From the IMG/VR virus record IMGVR_UViG_3300042922_001432, positions 1 through 35,261 of that record: DNA of 35,261 nt; one strand, 5' to 3'. Position numbers and translations under genes: made by a program. The DNA is from a virus. Lineage: Duplodnaviria; Caudoviricetes. How positions within the stretch are numbered: position 1 is the first letter of the stretch; every line of letters begins with the position of its first letter. Below the pieces are notes generated by a model. The model ran no database searches. It saw only the letters and a list, made by a program, of their open reading frames with translations, and was not told the origin of the DNA. Shown here piece by piece: positions 1 through 8,996 of this stretch.

Positions 1-1143
1 TTAATTCGCATTAACCTCTAATACACCTCCCATTCTATCAGCCATATTAACTTTTGCTTCATATTGCAAATGTGAATATATATTTGAAGTTGTACTAATA
101 TCGGAATGGCCAAGCCATTCTTGAATCTCTTTAAGTGAAAATCCTAGGTTGAGCAATATACTTGCTGATGAATGACGCAAATCATGAAATCGTATATGTG
201 GCATATTATTAGCTTCTAGTATCGTCTTAAATGAATGAGATATATAATCAGGCTTGAAAGGTTTTCCATTCTCCCATTTACATACATAATCATTATCGAT
301 ATAGCTATTTCCATAGAATAACTTATTTTCACATTGTTCTTTTTTTAGTTTTTTTAGATAAATTTTCATTGAATTATCTAGCGGTAATGTTCTATAACTA
401 GAACTTGTTTTAGTAGTCTCGTCCTCAAAACTTTTACCACCTACAGAAACAACTGTATTATTAATAACAATTTTATTTTCTTTAAAACAAATAGCACTCC
501 ATTTTAGTCCTAAAACCTCTGATCTCCTTAATCCATAATAACCTGATAATCTAATCACAGCTTTAATCGGATGTCCCTTTGATATATCAAACAGTTTATT
601 TAGTTGGCTCATATCAAAGTATTTAGCAATATACTTTTGCTTTTTAGGTAGAATGACATAATCAGACGGATTTTTATTAATTAACCCGCACATTACAGCG
701 TAATCTAAAGCTTTGTGTATATTTGCATGTCGTTTAGATATTGTGTTGCCAGACATACCTTTTTCATTAAATAAGTGATTATAATATTCTTGTATTTGCA
801 TATTATTAAGATCAAACAGTTTAATCCTTTTAGCCTTAAAATAAGGTACAATATCTCTCTCTATTACAACTGCATATGAATTATAAGTATTTTCTTTTAC
901 AGATGGCTTCATAGATTTTAACCACGATATTATGAATTCTGAAAACAACATATCGTTTGTACCTAGCATATCTTTATCATCATACTTCTGCAAATATTCC
1001 TTTAATACCTCTGAAGCTTTCTTCTTGTTTCCCTTAACTTCAAGCCCAGTTGAAATCCACTTTGTTTTCCATTTACCATTTTCATCTTTAAAACTTAAAA
1101 CAATTGAATACTTCCCATTCTTTTCATGTAGACTTCCTGTCAT
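1..1143 (-). CDS. int: Tyrosine recombinase / phage integrase (Tn916/ICEBs1-like, N-terminal arm-binding domain)
   Basis: 380 aa with catalytic motifs GLRRSE (R), TKT (K), HDLRH (HxxR), LGH and IYSH (Y). RBS-like AGAAGGGAG lies upstream. Confidence 0.95.
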   Translation of the reverse strand: MTGSLHEKNGKYSIVLSFKDENGKWKTKWISTGLEVKGNKKKASEVLKEYLQKYDDKDMLGTNDMLFSEFIISWLKSMKPSVKENTYNSYAVVIERDIVPYFKAKRIKLFDLNNMQIQEYYNHLFNEKGMSGNTISKRHANIHKALDYAVMCGLINKNPSDYVILPKKQKYIAKYFDMSQLNKLFDISKGHPIKAVIRLSGYYGLRRSEVLGLKWSAICFKENKIVINNTVVSVGGKSFEDETTKTSSSYRTLPLDNSMKIYLKKLKKEQCENKLFYGNSYIDNDYVCKWENGKPFKPDYISHSFKTILEANNMPHIRFHDLRHSSASILLNLGFSLKEIQEWLGHSDISTTSNIYSHLQYEAKVNMADRMGGVLEVNAN

Positions 1144-1202
1144 ATTTACTCCCTTCTTGAGTCTACCGTCAAAATCTTACACCAATTATATCATAGGTAT
1201 AA

Positions 1203-1391
1203 CTATTCTGACAGGTACTCGATAACATATTTCTTCGGAATTCTATATTCTCTTCCTACCTTTATATTTTTAATATCTTGGTTTTTAAGTAATCTATAAA
1301 TCAATTTTATACTAACCCCTAACATCTTATGTAATTGATTAACATCTACTACATCTGGATATTCATTAAACATCTTTTCTATAACTCTCAC
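1203..1391 (-). CDS. xis: Excisionase-like HTH_17 DNA-binding protein
   Basis: 62 aa with the pattern DVNQLHKMLGVS...IKVGREYRIPK, directly upstream of the integrase. The real start may be ATG at 1373. Confidence 0.85.
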   Translation of the reverse strand: MRVIEKMFNEYPDVVDVNQLHKMLGVSIKLIYRLLKNQDIKNIKVGREYRIPKKYVIEYLSE

Positions 1392-1446
1392 CCTTGCCCT
1401 TCTATAATTAATAGTTTATAGTTCCCCTTGCAATCTTTATTGCAAT

Positions 1447-1479
1447 AAAAAAAGTAGAGCAACTTATCACCCTACTTTT
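1447..1479 (-). terminator. Intrinsic terminator separating lysis genes from xis-int
   Basis: Minus strand AAAAGTAGGG-TGATAAGTTG-CTCTACTTTTTTT: a stem followed by a U-tract. Confidence 0.7.
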
Positions 1480-1596
1480 CGCAACTTTGTATTAATGTAA
1501 TTCCTTTGTGTATCAGTTTCTTCTATATAATAGTACCAATTTCCCATTTATCTTTTTTACAGTTTAATATATTATGATTAAATCGGAGGTGATCTT

Positions 1597-1761
1597 ATCA
1601 GACTCAAACTAATCAAATACGTTTGTAAATATAAACAGTTTTACATTGGTCAAGATGAACGACTGAAAAATGTAACTTATCGTGATATTTTTCGACTCAG
1701 AAAATATGAATTAAAAGAAGTAATCCATGAAATTATGATTCATAATAATTACCCTAATTAA
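1597..1761 (+). CDS. Putative 54-aa protein with non-canonical ATC start (or start-mutated pseudogene)
   Basis: Strong RBS GGAGGT at 1585-1590, then the open frame IRLKLIKYVCKYKQFYIGQDERLKNVTYRDIFRLRKYELKEVIHEIMIHNNYPN*. It is not in the ORF track. Confidence 0.4.
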   Translation: MRLKLIKYVCKYKQFYIGQDERLKNVTYRDIFRLRKYELKEVIHEIMIHNNYPN

Positions 1762-1812
1762 TTTAATACGTTTCAATATTTTTATGTAGTTCTTTAATCT
1801 GTTACTTAGGTT

Positions 1813-2220
1813 TTATTCACCATTATCATCATTATTAATTTGAATTAGAATATCTCTTAGTTTTTTAGGAACTTTGAGACCTAGATTTATAGCATTTTCT
1901 AGTATACTTATACCTTCATTTGAACAATAAAATAATATAGTTGCTGTTCTTACTGCACTACCAGTACCTAAAATATTTACATCAATTATATTCGCTATTG
2001 CAACTAAGATAAATATGAATACTTTTTTGCTAATTCCAATGAATCCTATTTCGCTCGATAATTCTTTACGAGCTATTGCAACTAAAACACCTGTAACATA
2101 ATCTAAAATTACAAATGCTAGTAATGCCCACAATAATCCATCAAAACCACCTAAAATATATCCTAACGCTCCACCTATTGCTACTGCTCCACCTTGTAGT
2201 AGCTTAATTATTTTATCCAT
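1813..2220 (-). CDS. Phage holin (Phage_holin_4_1 / toxin secretion-phage lysis holin family)
   Basis: Multiple hydrophobic segments and the family motifs LDYVTG, SSEIGFIGISKK and NEGISILEN. Confidence 0.92.
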   Translation of the reverse strand: MDKIIKLLQGGAVAIGGALGYILGGFDGLLWALLAFVILDYVTGVLVAIARKELSSEIGFIGISKKVFIFILVAIANIIDVNILGTGSAVRTATILFYCSNEGISILENAINLGLKVPKKLRDILIQINNDDNGE

Positions 2221-2241
2221 TTTTACCCTTCTTTCTTAATC

Positions 2242-2268
2242 AAAAAAGGACACCATTTAGATGTCCTT
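2242..2268 (-). terminator. Intrinsic terminator upstream of holin
   Basis: Minus strand AAGGACATC-TAAAT-GGTGTCCTTTTTT. Confidence 0.7.
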
Positions 2269-2449
2269 GATTTTATTTACTCCATTATTAAATTTTTCTT
2301 TATTATACAGCCTTATATAAGCCATTAATATTTTTTACCCTACACATAATACCTAAAGCACATAAAAACACCTCTGACGGTTTGCTACAAGGCGTATAAA
2401 CTGCGTTAATCACTCAAAATTCCACTTCACATGAAACACAGATTTGATG

Positions 2450-2587
2450 TTATAATATAGCTTCTTCTTGTGATGCTAGATATTCTGCAACAGGAATAAT
2501 ATATTGTTCAGGTAGGCTTTCTAGTGTTCTTTTTTCATTCTTAACTAATACTGCATATACTTTAATCATATAAGCTTTAACTTCCAT
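2450..2587 (-). CDS. Small CD1375/XkdX-like phage protein (45 aa)
   Basis: Hand translation MEVKAYMIKVYAVLVKNEKRTLESLPEQYIIPVAEYLASQEEAIL*. RBS GGAGGTG lies in the end of the upstream gene, and the position after the tail fibre is typical. Confidence 0.75.
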   Translation of the reverse strand: MEVKAYMIKVYAVLVKNEKRTLESLPEQYIIPVAEYLASQEEAIL

Positions 2588-2590
2588 ATT

Positions 2591-2857
2591 CTATACACCT
2601 CCCTCTGATATACTTGCAATAGCTTCTAATGCCACAGTTACCATTTCTTCATTCGCTATCATTTGCTCTCTTAATATTTCAATCTCAGTTTTTGGGATTG
2701 GTGCAAAGAGAGGAGTGTTTGATGTTAAGTCAACTCCATTAAATTGTTGTCCTATTGGTATTTCAAACTCGATTGTTTTTAACTCACCAACTGGAACTTG
2801 TACATCTCCAGTAGCTTGAAAAAATATCTTTCCTTCTGAATCGTAAATCACTATCAT
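2591..2857 (-). CDS. Hypothetical phage protein (tail-fibre chaperone-like position)
   Basis: 88 aa with RBS AGGAGGAG, immediately downstream of the tail fibre gene. Confidence 0.7.
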   Translation of the reverse strand: MIVIYDSEGKIFFQATGDVQVPVGELKTIEFEIPIGQQFNGVDLTSNTPLFAPIPKTEIEILREQMIANEEMVTVALEAIASISEGGV

Positions 2858-2892
2858 AATTTATCTCCTCCTAATATATTTTTATGGTGGTA

Positions 2893-5800
2893 TTACTCAA
2901 ATGCAGTCCAAGTATATTGTATAAAGTCTGTGTTTACAGGAATTATAAACGAATTATTAAACATACCTATTATACCTTGATTTTGATTATATTCAATCTT
3001 AATTGGACGGTTTACACCAGTGTTATCATTAAATGCAAAAGATACATAAGTACTATATGTGTCTGCTACACAAAAGTTGTAATCTGTACCACCTGCAACG
3101 TATACGTGTACTGCACTTGGAGTAAAGCTTAGTCCAGTTACGGTTAATATCCCAACTTCATAGAGATCTGTCGAATCTGCAACACTAAGATAGGTTAAGC
3201 CTCCTGACGTAGTTGTACCACTTGCTGACATTTTTCCCGTTATAGGGATTTCTCCTATCTTTGTTGCTAACGTTGCAAACGTATCGGAACTTGATGCTGT
3301 TACTCCCTTGGCAGTAATGGCATTTGCAACATTCGTTTTTCCATTACTGGCATATTGAAAAGTTTCGGTAAGGGCTGATACTAAATCTGTTTTATTTGTT
3401 GTAGGCAACAATGTGAGTGAACCAATTGAAGCACCAATTTCAACTAAATTATCCGTTGTAAACTCATTTAGCCTATTTACTTCATCATCTAAAACATTGA
3501 TTGCTTTTGTGTTTCCATTTACTACTGCACGTAAATTTTGAGGATAACTTATATTTGTTACTGGTGTTAAATCTGTTGATTCAACTATGATAGTTCCATT
3601 TGGCTCTGATACTAGGTTATAACCATTGTGTTGTGTGATTATTGGATTTGCTAGTTGATACCATATTTTAGTACCTGTTAGAGCAGTTTGAGCAGCTGCT
3701 AAAGTTGCGTAAGTTCCTTTAGCGAATATTAAATACAGTACACTACTACTTGTTGACCAAGTACCAATTCTTGAACTAACATCACCGGTATCTCCGGATT
3801 GAGATGGAAATTTAGGTATATAAAGTGTACCAAGAGTTGTATACCCCCAAGGACTAGCATCGGCAAATTTGTTAATTGTTACATAGTCGAAATTAGCAAG
3901 TGCCGAATTTAATGATACTATTTCACTTGCTTGCAATGCGTACTCTTTAATATTTTGTGTTTTAATACCACTCGAATTATCAAATGTATCTTTTATTCCA
4001 TTAGGTAGGCTGTTTCCAATTGGTGGGGTAGTGGCTACTGTTTCTGTGTAAGGTTCATAGACTGTTGCTACTGTTCCAAGTTCAAACTGTGTAGTGGCTA
4101 ATGTAGCACCAATTGTTTTATGAACATTTAATCTAATATATTTACAGTTATTTGGGGTATTTAGTTGGTATACACCATTTGTTGATACAGATATACAGTT
4201 TTTATTTTTATCATAAAAGCACACATAATGATAATTATTTTTATAATAATTAGTGTTTGGTTTTACCTCTATAAATTGGCTAACATCAAAAGAATTATCT
4301 GTACTAACTAATTCTTCTCCAATTGACGATACATAATATCCTAGTTTTGCTGTATTTCTATCAAACAAGTTCTTCCCTATACTCTTTACCGTAGTTGCTC
4401 CTACTGATTTAGTACCATCAAACCAATTCTCATATATTTTATCGCATTGTTCAAGGGTAGGTTCTTTTCCTGCTCCATAGGTTGCTGTGAGGTCTATAAC
4501 GCTTACATAATCTAAATAAAACTTAGTCCATGCAGAACTACGATTATCTTGTACTTTTATCAATAGATTTGTAGCATTTACATCTATTGTCCTAATTGCA
4601 CTCAATCTTTCAAAATTACTTGAACCAGAATGTGGTGCAACGGTTTGGTTAATACCATCATTTAGATATATGGCTACATATGGACTATCAGCTTTAAGTA
4701 AACCACAAAAGTATAACTTATGAGTCTTATAGTTTGAATAATTAGGGATGTTTTTTCCAATTGTCCCATATTGCACAGTTGAAGTTTTTTCAGCTATACC
4801 ATTGACTATAGCATTAACACCATCCCATCCAGTAGTACCATTAGCAAAGTTACCATTCGTCACAAGGTTATTATCTGTTCTTCCCTTTAGTAATACCTCC
4901 ATATTACCCTCATTAGCTGTATTAGGTAGTGAAATCACACTGCCTTGATAATCGGTAGGGATTGACATATTTTCAACATCAATACGATTACTAATTGCAT
5001 CCGCATAAGCGAATACATCTTGTGCTTTGTTCTGTGGATCGTAGACATTTTTAAACATATCTCCACCAGCACCGTCTGAACCCTTTAAAGCAATTAAAGC
5101 CCAGAAAGAACTATTAGTAGGCAAATTCCCTGTGCTATTAACTGCACATTGATATGTACTTCCCAAATAAGAAACTTTATTTCCTGCTACATATGCTTTA
5201 GTATTGTTATATGCCTCCATTACTTTATAAGCATTATAATAATTCTGTCGAGTTGTTTCTTGGCTAGTTCTAGTATTTTCCTGTGTGTTTCTTGTGCCTT
5301 CGTTTGTAGCTCTAGCCTGTTCTGCGGTTATACGATTAGTCTCGGCGGTACCACGATTGGTTTCATTTGTATTACGAGTATTTTCATTTGTATTTCTTGT
5401 ATTTTCGGCAGTAACTCTTGCCGTTTCAGCATTTACTCGCCCTGTTTCGTTAGTTTTTCGAGTGTTTTCTTGTGTATTTCTCGTATTTTCGGCAGTAACT
5501 CTTAGTGCTTCGGCATTATTTGAAGCTGTGGTTGCCGTATTTGCATTATTTGCAGCAATATTCGCACTATTAGTTGCATCATTTGCATCGGCAATAGCAT
5601 CACCAGCACTAGCAATTAAACTTGTCAATATATTAACTTCATCTGTACTCATAATTGTTTCATCAAGTAAAGCTGATTTATCAATTTGCATCCTAAATTT
5701 AGGGGAAGAAATCGCTTTTGTTTCAGTAGCAGACTTTGCTAATCTAAATTCTGCATCAAAATTACCTGCGACAATAGTAGTTTGTAATGTGATTTTATAA

Positions 5801-6060
5801 ACTATTTTATTATCAATAATTTGACAAGCGTTATCTATACCTCTTCCGTCAGGTTTTGTACAGGCAAAAGTTGCAACATATCCCTCAGGTATAATAAATT
5901 CTTGACCGTCTTTAAAAACCGTTCCCACAATCCAACGAACATTTTCGTCATATTGCTTAGAATAGACTGTGGAAAATTGTTTCAGACCATGAAAGTCTAT
6001 ATCTATGTAGTGAGGATCATCTTCTAAATCCCAAACTATTTTATTATTAACTATTTGCAT
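2893..6060 (-). CDS. Baseplate upper protein (BppU-like N-terminus) / tail fibre-receptor-binding protein
   Basis: N-terminal BppU-like segment (KQYDENVR...CTKPDG), heptad R-x-x-x-E repeats, a CBM5/12-like segment (YVAGNKVSYLGSTYQC...FW) and a CBM4/9-like segment (NLVTNGNFANGTTGW). Confidence 0.8.
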   Translation of the reverse strand: MQIVNNKIVWDLEDDPHYIDIDFHGLKQFSTVYSKQYDENVRWIVGTVFKDGQEFIIPEGYVATFACTKPDGRGIDNACQIIDNKIVYKITLQTTIVAGNFDAEFRLAKSATETKAISSPKFRMQIDKSALLDETIMSTDEVNILTSLIASAGDAIADANDATNSANIAANNANTATTASNNAEALRVTAENTRNTQENTRKTNETGRVNAETARVTAENTRNTNENTRNTNETNRGTAETNRITAEQARATNEGTRNTQENTRTSQETTRQNYYNAYKVMEAYNNTKAYVAGNKVSYLGSTYQCAVNSTGNLPTNSSFWALIALKGSDGAGGDMFKNVYDPQNKAQDVFAYADAISNRIDVENMSIPTDYQGSVISLPNTANEGNMEVLLKGRTDNNLVTNGNFANGTTGWDGVNAIVNGIAEKTSTVQYGTIGKNIPNYSNYKTHKLYFCGLLKADSPYVAIYLNDGINQTVAPHSGSSNFERLSAIRTIDVNATNLLIKVQDNRSSAWTKFYLDYVSVIDLTATYGAGKEPTLEQCDKIYENWFDGTKSVGATTVKSIGKNLFDRNTAKLGYYVSSIGEELVSTDNSFDVSQFIEVKPNTNYYKNNYHYVCFYDKNKNCISVSTNGVYQLNTPNNCKYIRLNVHKTIGATLATTQFELGTVATVYEPYTETVATTPPIGNSLPNGIKDTFDNSSGIKTQNIKEYALQASEIVSLNSALANFDYVTINKFADASPWGYTTLGTLYIPKFPSQSGDTGDVSSRIGTWSTSSSVLYLIFAKGTYATLAAAQTALTGTKIWYQLANPIITQHNGYNLVSEPNGTIIVESTDLTPVTNISYPQNLRAVVNGNTKAINVLDDEVNRLNEFTTDNLVEIGASIGSLTLLPTTNKTDLVSALTETFQYASNGKTNVANAITAKGVTASSSDTFATLATKIGEIPITGKMSASGTTTSGGLTYLSVADSTDLYEVGILTVTGLSFTPSAVHVYVAGGTDYNFCVADTYSTYVSFAFNDNTGVNRPIKIEYNQNQGIIGMFNNSFIIPVNTDFIQYTWTAFE
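5245..5510 (-). repeat. Intragenic 21-nt (7-aa) periodic coiled-coil repeats
   Basis: Protein RVTAENT-RNTQENT-RKTNETG-RVNAETA-RVTAENT...; the exact 21-bp repeat GTATTTTCGGCAGTAACTCTT occurs at 5399-5419 and 5483-5503. Confidence 0.85.
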
Positions 6061-6088
6061 ATTTTGTCACTTCCTTTCTTAAAATATC

Positions 6089-6123
6089 AAAAAAGCACCC
6101 AATTATTTCCAATTTAGGCACTT
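6089..6123 (-). terminator. Intrinsic terminator-like hairpin upstream of tail fibre gene
   Basis: Minus strand AAGTGCCTAA-ATTGGAAATAA-TTGGGTGCTTTTTT. Confidence 0.6.
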
Positions 6124-6132
6124 CGCATCAAA

Positions 6133-6378
6133 TTACTCTTTTATGTTATTTTTAGGCTCTTTAGAGGTTGATTTATCAACGTTTGCAGCCACTAATTTTT
6201 CAAATTCTTGATTTTCTTGCTGCAATACTTGTAATTTAAGATTATTGGCTTGCATTGTCAATTCTTGCAATATAAATGCGATTGTAGTAGCTGGAAGTTT
6301 TGCCTCATTAATTAGTGTCGCTAATTTTATCTTTAATTCCTCAACTTGAGTATTAAATCCTTTTTGTATTTCTGCCAT
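6133..6378 (-). CDS. Hypothetical phage protein
   Basis: 81 aa with RBS AAGGAGAG, in the late-operon orientation. Confidence 0.75.
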   Translation of the reverse strand: MAEIQKGFNTQVEELKIKLATLINEAKLPATTIAFILQELTMQANNLKLQVLQQENQEFEKLVAANVDKSTSKEPKNNIKE

Positions 6379-6401
6379 ATGTAATATCTCTCCTTGTATT
6401 C

Positions 6402-7718
6402 TTATTTTATGAATTGGATTATGTTTGATTGTTTTGTGTATATGTTTTTCTTAAACTTCTCAGTATTTATTGAACCAATTGAGCCACCGTCCATCATAAC
6501 AGCATTAACTAAACCTAATGATTTACATAGTTTATTTACTTCTGAAGCAGATTTATTATCAACATAGATTCCATGCACTAATCCATCTTTATCAACTCCA
6601 ATTACAGCGTGAGATGTTTTTCTCAATACATCTGAAAAATCATATGGCTTGCCTTGAAACACGATGCCACTCTTAAATCCTTCAGCACTTGGATTGTATT
6701 TATCAAGCAAGCTTACTCCACCAATTGCAAATATGTAAGGTTTTTTAATCTCATTTAAACCTTTAATTCTAAGAGTATCAAAAGTTCCATCTTTGTAAGC
6801 AACTAATACACCCTCTGGAAAACCGCACCATTGATGGCAAGCCCATTCATTTATCTTTCTTAACTTACCATAACTCTCAATTGCCATTATACTTGCAACT
6901 TTACCTGTAGCACGATTAAAAAATGTACCATTGAGACAATTAATAAACCATCCTGTAGATTTTTCACATTTCAAATCAGCCATAACTATATGCTCACTAA
7001 TCATTACACAATCACCATTGCCTAACTCTTTTATGATTGGATATTCAACTACCGTTTCAACAGGCTTAACAGGTTTAGGATTTGGAACAGTAGGAGCAAT
7101 AGCAGAAGCAATATTAGGTATCTTTATTTTCTGTCCTACGCTAATTGAGGAAGGTGATTTGATATTATTATATTGTGCTAATTTTATGTATGTAGTTTTA
7201 TATTTTGCAGCTATTTTAGAAAGTGTATCACCTCTAACAACTGTATAAGTTATTTCTGCCATATTTGTTTCCTCCGATTTTTCTTCGCTTATTACATAAT
7301 CATATATTCCACGTAAATTTGGGATTTGTTTTAAAATATTAGTAGGATCTAAACTTGTACCTTTTGTGTTACGAATTTCAAAATGAGTATGTTTTCCTGT
7401 GCTTAATCCAGTTGAGCCAGAAATTCCGAGTATATCACCAGTTTTTATTTTTTGTCCTACTTGTACTTTTCTGCTTGCCATGTGACAATAGTAATATTTC
7501 AATCCATCAGAACCGTCGACTCTAACATAATTTCCCCATTGCCAAGTGTTATTCCCTGAAGATTTTGGAATGATAGTAGAAACACCAACCGTTCCATCCG
7601 TAAAACTAATTACATTGTCATTATCTTGATAGACTATATCTATTCCTTTATGAAATTGATTTTCTCCAAAGATAAATCTATTCCCATATGGAGAAGATAT
7701 TTTATATTTAAAAGTCAT
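6402..7718 (-). CDS. Cell-wall hydrolase/endolysin: M23 peptidase + LysM + phosphodiester glycosidase (NAGPA-like)
   Basis: M23 motifs HKGID and STGKHTHFE; LysM segment YTVVRGDTLSKIA...ISVGQKIKIP; C-terminal AVIGVDKDG...AVMMDGGS resembling the NAGPA family. Confidence 0.85.
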   Translation of the reverse strand: MTFKYKISSPYGNRFIFGENQFHKGIDIVYQDNDNVISFTDGTVGVSTIIPKSSGNNTWQWGNYVRVDGSDGLKYYYCHMASRKVQVGQKIKTGDILGISGSTGLSTGKHTHFEIRNTKGTSLDPTNILKQIPNLRGIYDYVISEEKSEETNMAEITYTVVRGDTLSKIAAKYKTTYIKLAQYNNIKSPSSISVGQKIKIPNIASAIAPTVPNPKPVKPVETVVEYPIIKELGNGDCVMISEHIVMADLKCEKSTGWFINCLNGTFFNRATGKVASIMAIESYGKLRKINEWACHQWCGFPEGVLVAYKDGTFDTLRIKGLNEIKKPYIFAIGGVSLLDKYNPSAEGFKSGIVFQGKPYDFSDVLRKTSHAVIGVDKDGLVHGIYVDNKSASEVNKLCKSLGLVNAVMMDGGSIGSINTEKFKKNIYTKQSNIIQFIK

Positions 7719-7743
7719 ATGTAACCGTCCTTTCTATGTAATA

Positions 7744-8376
7744 TTATGTTACATTATTTAATGCTGTTGCTAGGTTGGTAAAATACCAAGCCTTAATATC
7801 ATCATCTGTTTGAACATTTCTACAGTCACTCGATACACCTAATGTGCTTGATATTTCATATATTGCGTTAGCACATTGGCGAAATATGAAAGCATAAAAA
7901 TCCATACCAGTATAAACAGATGTAAAACCATAAGCTGCTAAACCTTTGTATATCCTAAATTCATTTATTTTATCTTGAAAATAAGTCCACTCAATAGCAG
8001 ACACATTAAAATCTTCACCACTAACCTTTGCAAAATACCAGTTAAAACTAGATGGTCTTTGAGTAGGATCAACGTGAGTTATCGTGTAACTGCCTGCTGT
8101 ATAGTAATAGTAGTTGGTTGCTCTTGTAAAACCATAAAACGTATATGTACCATTTGCGGTTATAGTAAAAGTTCCACTTACAGATGTTGATGTGCCTGTG
8201 GAAGTAGCAGAAGTTGAGCTTGTTTTTGAACCTGTTAAATTAGCAGTATTGTTAGAGAATGACGCATCTGTTATACCTGCTTCTAAATAGTTGGTTGTTT
8301 TAAATGGCAAACTTAATCCTGATATTGTCCATTGATATGTATTGCCACTTATTAAACTAATTGATAAACTTGCCAT
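7744..8376 (-). CDS. Putative tail/baseplate structural protein
   Basis: S/T-rich beta-type sequence. RBS AGGTAGGTG favours ATG at 8376 (the ORF track uses 8385). It lies among tail genes. Confidence 0.65.
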   Translation of the reverse strand: MASLSISLISGNTYQWTISGLSLPFKTTNYLEAGITDASFSNNTANLTGSKTSSTSATSTGTSTSVSGTFTITANGTYTFYGFTRATNYYYYTAGSYTITHVDPTQRPSSFNWYFAKVSGEDFNVSAIEWTYFQDKINEFRIYKGLAAYGFTSVYTGMDFYAFIFRQCANAIYEISSTLGVSSDCRNVQTDDDIKAWYFTNLATALNNVT

Positions 8377-8406
8377 GTTAATCACCTACCTTTATTTTTG
8401 GGCATT

Positions 8407-8436
8407 AAAAAAGCACCCTTGAATAGAAGAGTGCTT
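8407..8436 (-). terminator. Intrinsic terminator insulating the DUF3800 moron from downstream tail genes
   Basis: Minus strand AAGCACTCTT-CTATTC-AAGGGTGCTTTTTT. Confidence 0.8.
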
Positions 8437-8680
8437 GGTTGTTGTTTTATATTGAGTTGTTAGTATTAAAAAAGTATTTGAATATAGAACAATAGCACCC
8501 CCTATTACTAGGAATGCTACGTTCTCCGTATGGCACAACACAAACCTTAACGTGCTAGTTTGTGAGACCAAGATAAATATAATGAGTCTTTTTTTGAAAC
8601 ATATTGTTTCGTTAGATACACTATATCATAATGAGGGGTTATTATAGTAAGTGCTATAAAGATATGTATATTTACATAAC

Positions 8681-8704
8681 AAAAGCCCACATATTAAGTG
8701 AGCT
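8681..8704 (-). terminator. Intrinsic terminator downstream of the ncRNA pair
   Basis: Minus strand AGCTCAC-TTAATAT-GTGGGCTTTT. Confidence 0.7.
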
Positions 8705-8743
8705 AATTTTTGTATAGTTTTAATATAATTCAAAAATTAATAT

Positions 8744-8820
8744 AATTAATTGCCCAAGCACGATGACAATACATGTCACTTACCTAGATAATGGCGTGTA
8801 ATCAGGACTTACTGTTAACT
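8744..8820 (-). ncRNA. Structured ncRNA copy B (DUF3800-associated motif candidate)
   Basis: AGTTAA-[CAGTAAGT CCTGA TTA CACG CCATTATCTAGGTAAG TGACA TGTAT TGTCA T CGTG C TTGGG CAA]-TTAATT. The stems covary with copy A, and it begins about 8 nt after a near-consensus promoter. Confidence 0.8.
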
Positions 8821-8827
8821 TAAATTA

Positions 8828-8856
8828 AGTATACAACTGTTTTGTAGCATTGTCAA
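8828..8856 (-). promoter_or_regulatory. Sigma-A promoter driving ncRNA copy B
   Basis: TTGACA (8856-8851), 17-nt spacer, TATACT (8833-8828). No ORF lies between it and the terminator at 8681-8704. Confidence 0.85.
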
Positions 8857-8883
8857 CTTTTTTATTTGTAAAAATTATATTTA

Positions 8884-8970
8884 TATAACACCGATTACCT
8901 TAACTATGACACTAACACATAGTGCTTACCAAGACAATAGCATACATAAGGATTTATTGTCGGTGCTATA
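8884..8970 (-). ncRNA. Structured ncRNA copy A (DUF3800-associated motif candidate)
   Basis: TATAGCACCGA-[CAATAAAT CCTTA TG TATG CTATTGTCTTGGTAAG CACTA TGTGT TAGTG T CATA GT TAAGG TAA]-TCGGTGTTATA. It has an 11-bp closing stem and lies 26 nt after the DUF3800 stop. Confidence 0.8.
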
Positions 8971-8996
8971 ATATAATATACGAAATTATAAATATT

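Noticed and set aside
2423-2438. parS-like sequence (minus strand TGTTTCATGTGAAGTG)
   Set aside because: Only one half-site matches TGTTTCACGTGAAACA (12/16), it is a single copy, and there is no parAB in the window.
2893-6060. Diversity-generating retroelement targeting the tail fibre
   Set aside because: I found no reverse transcriptase and no template/variable repeat pair.
8744-8970. The two repeats as a mini CRISPR array
   Set aside because: There are only two diverged 65-nt units, conserved in structure rather than sequence. The interval between them is a promoter, and no cas genes are present.
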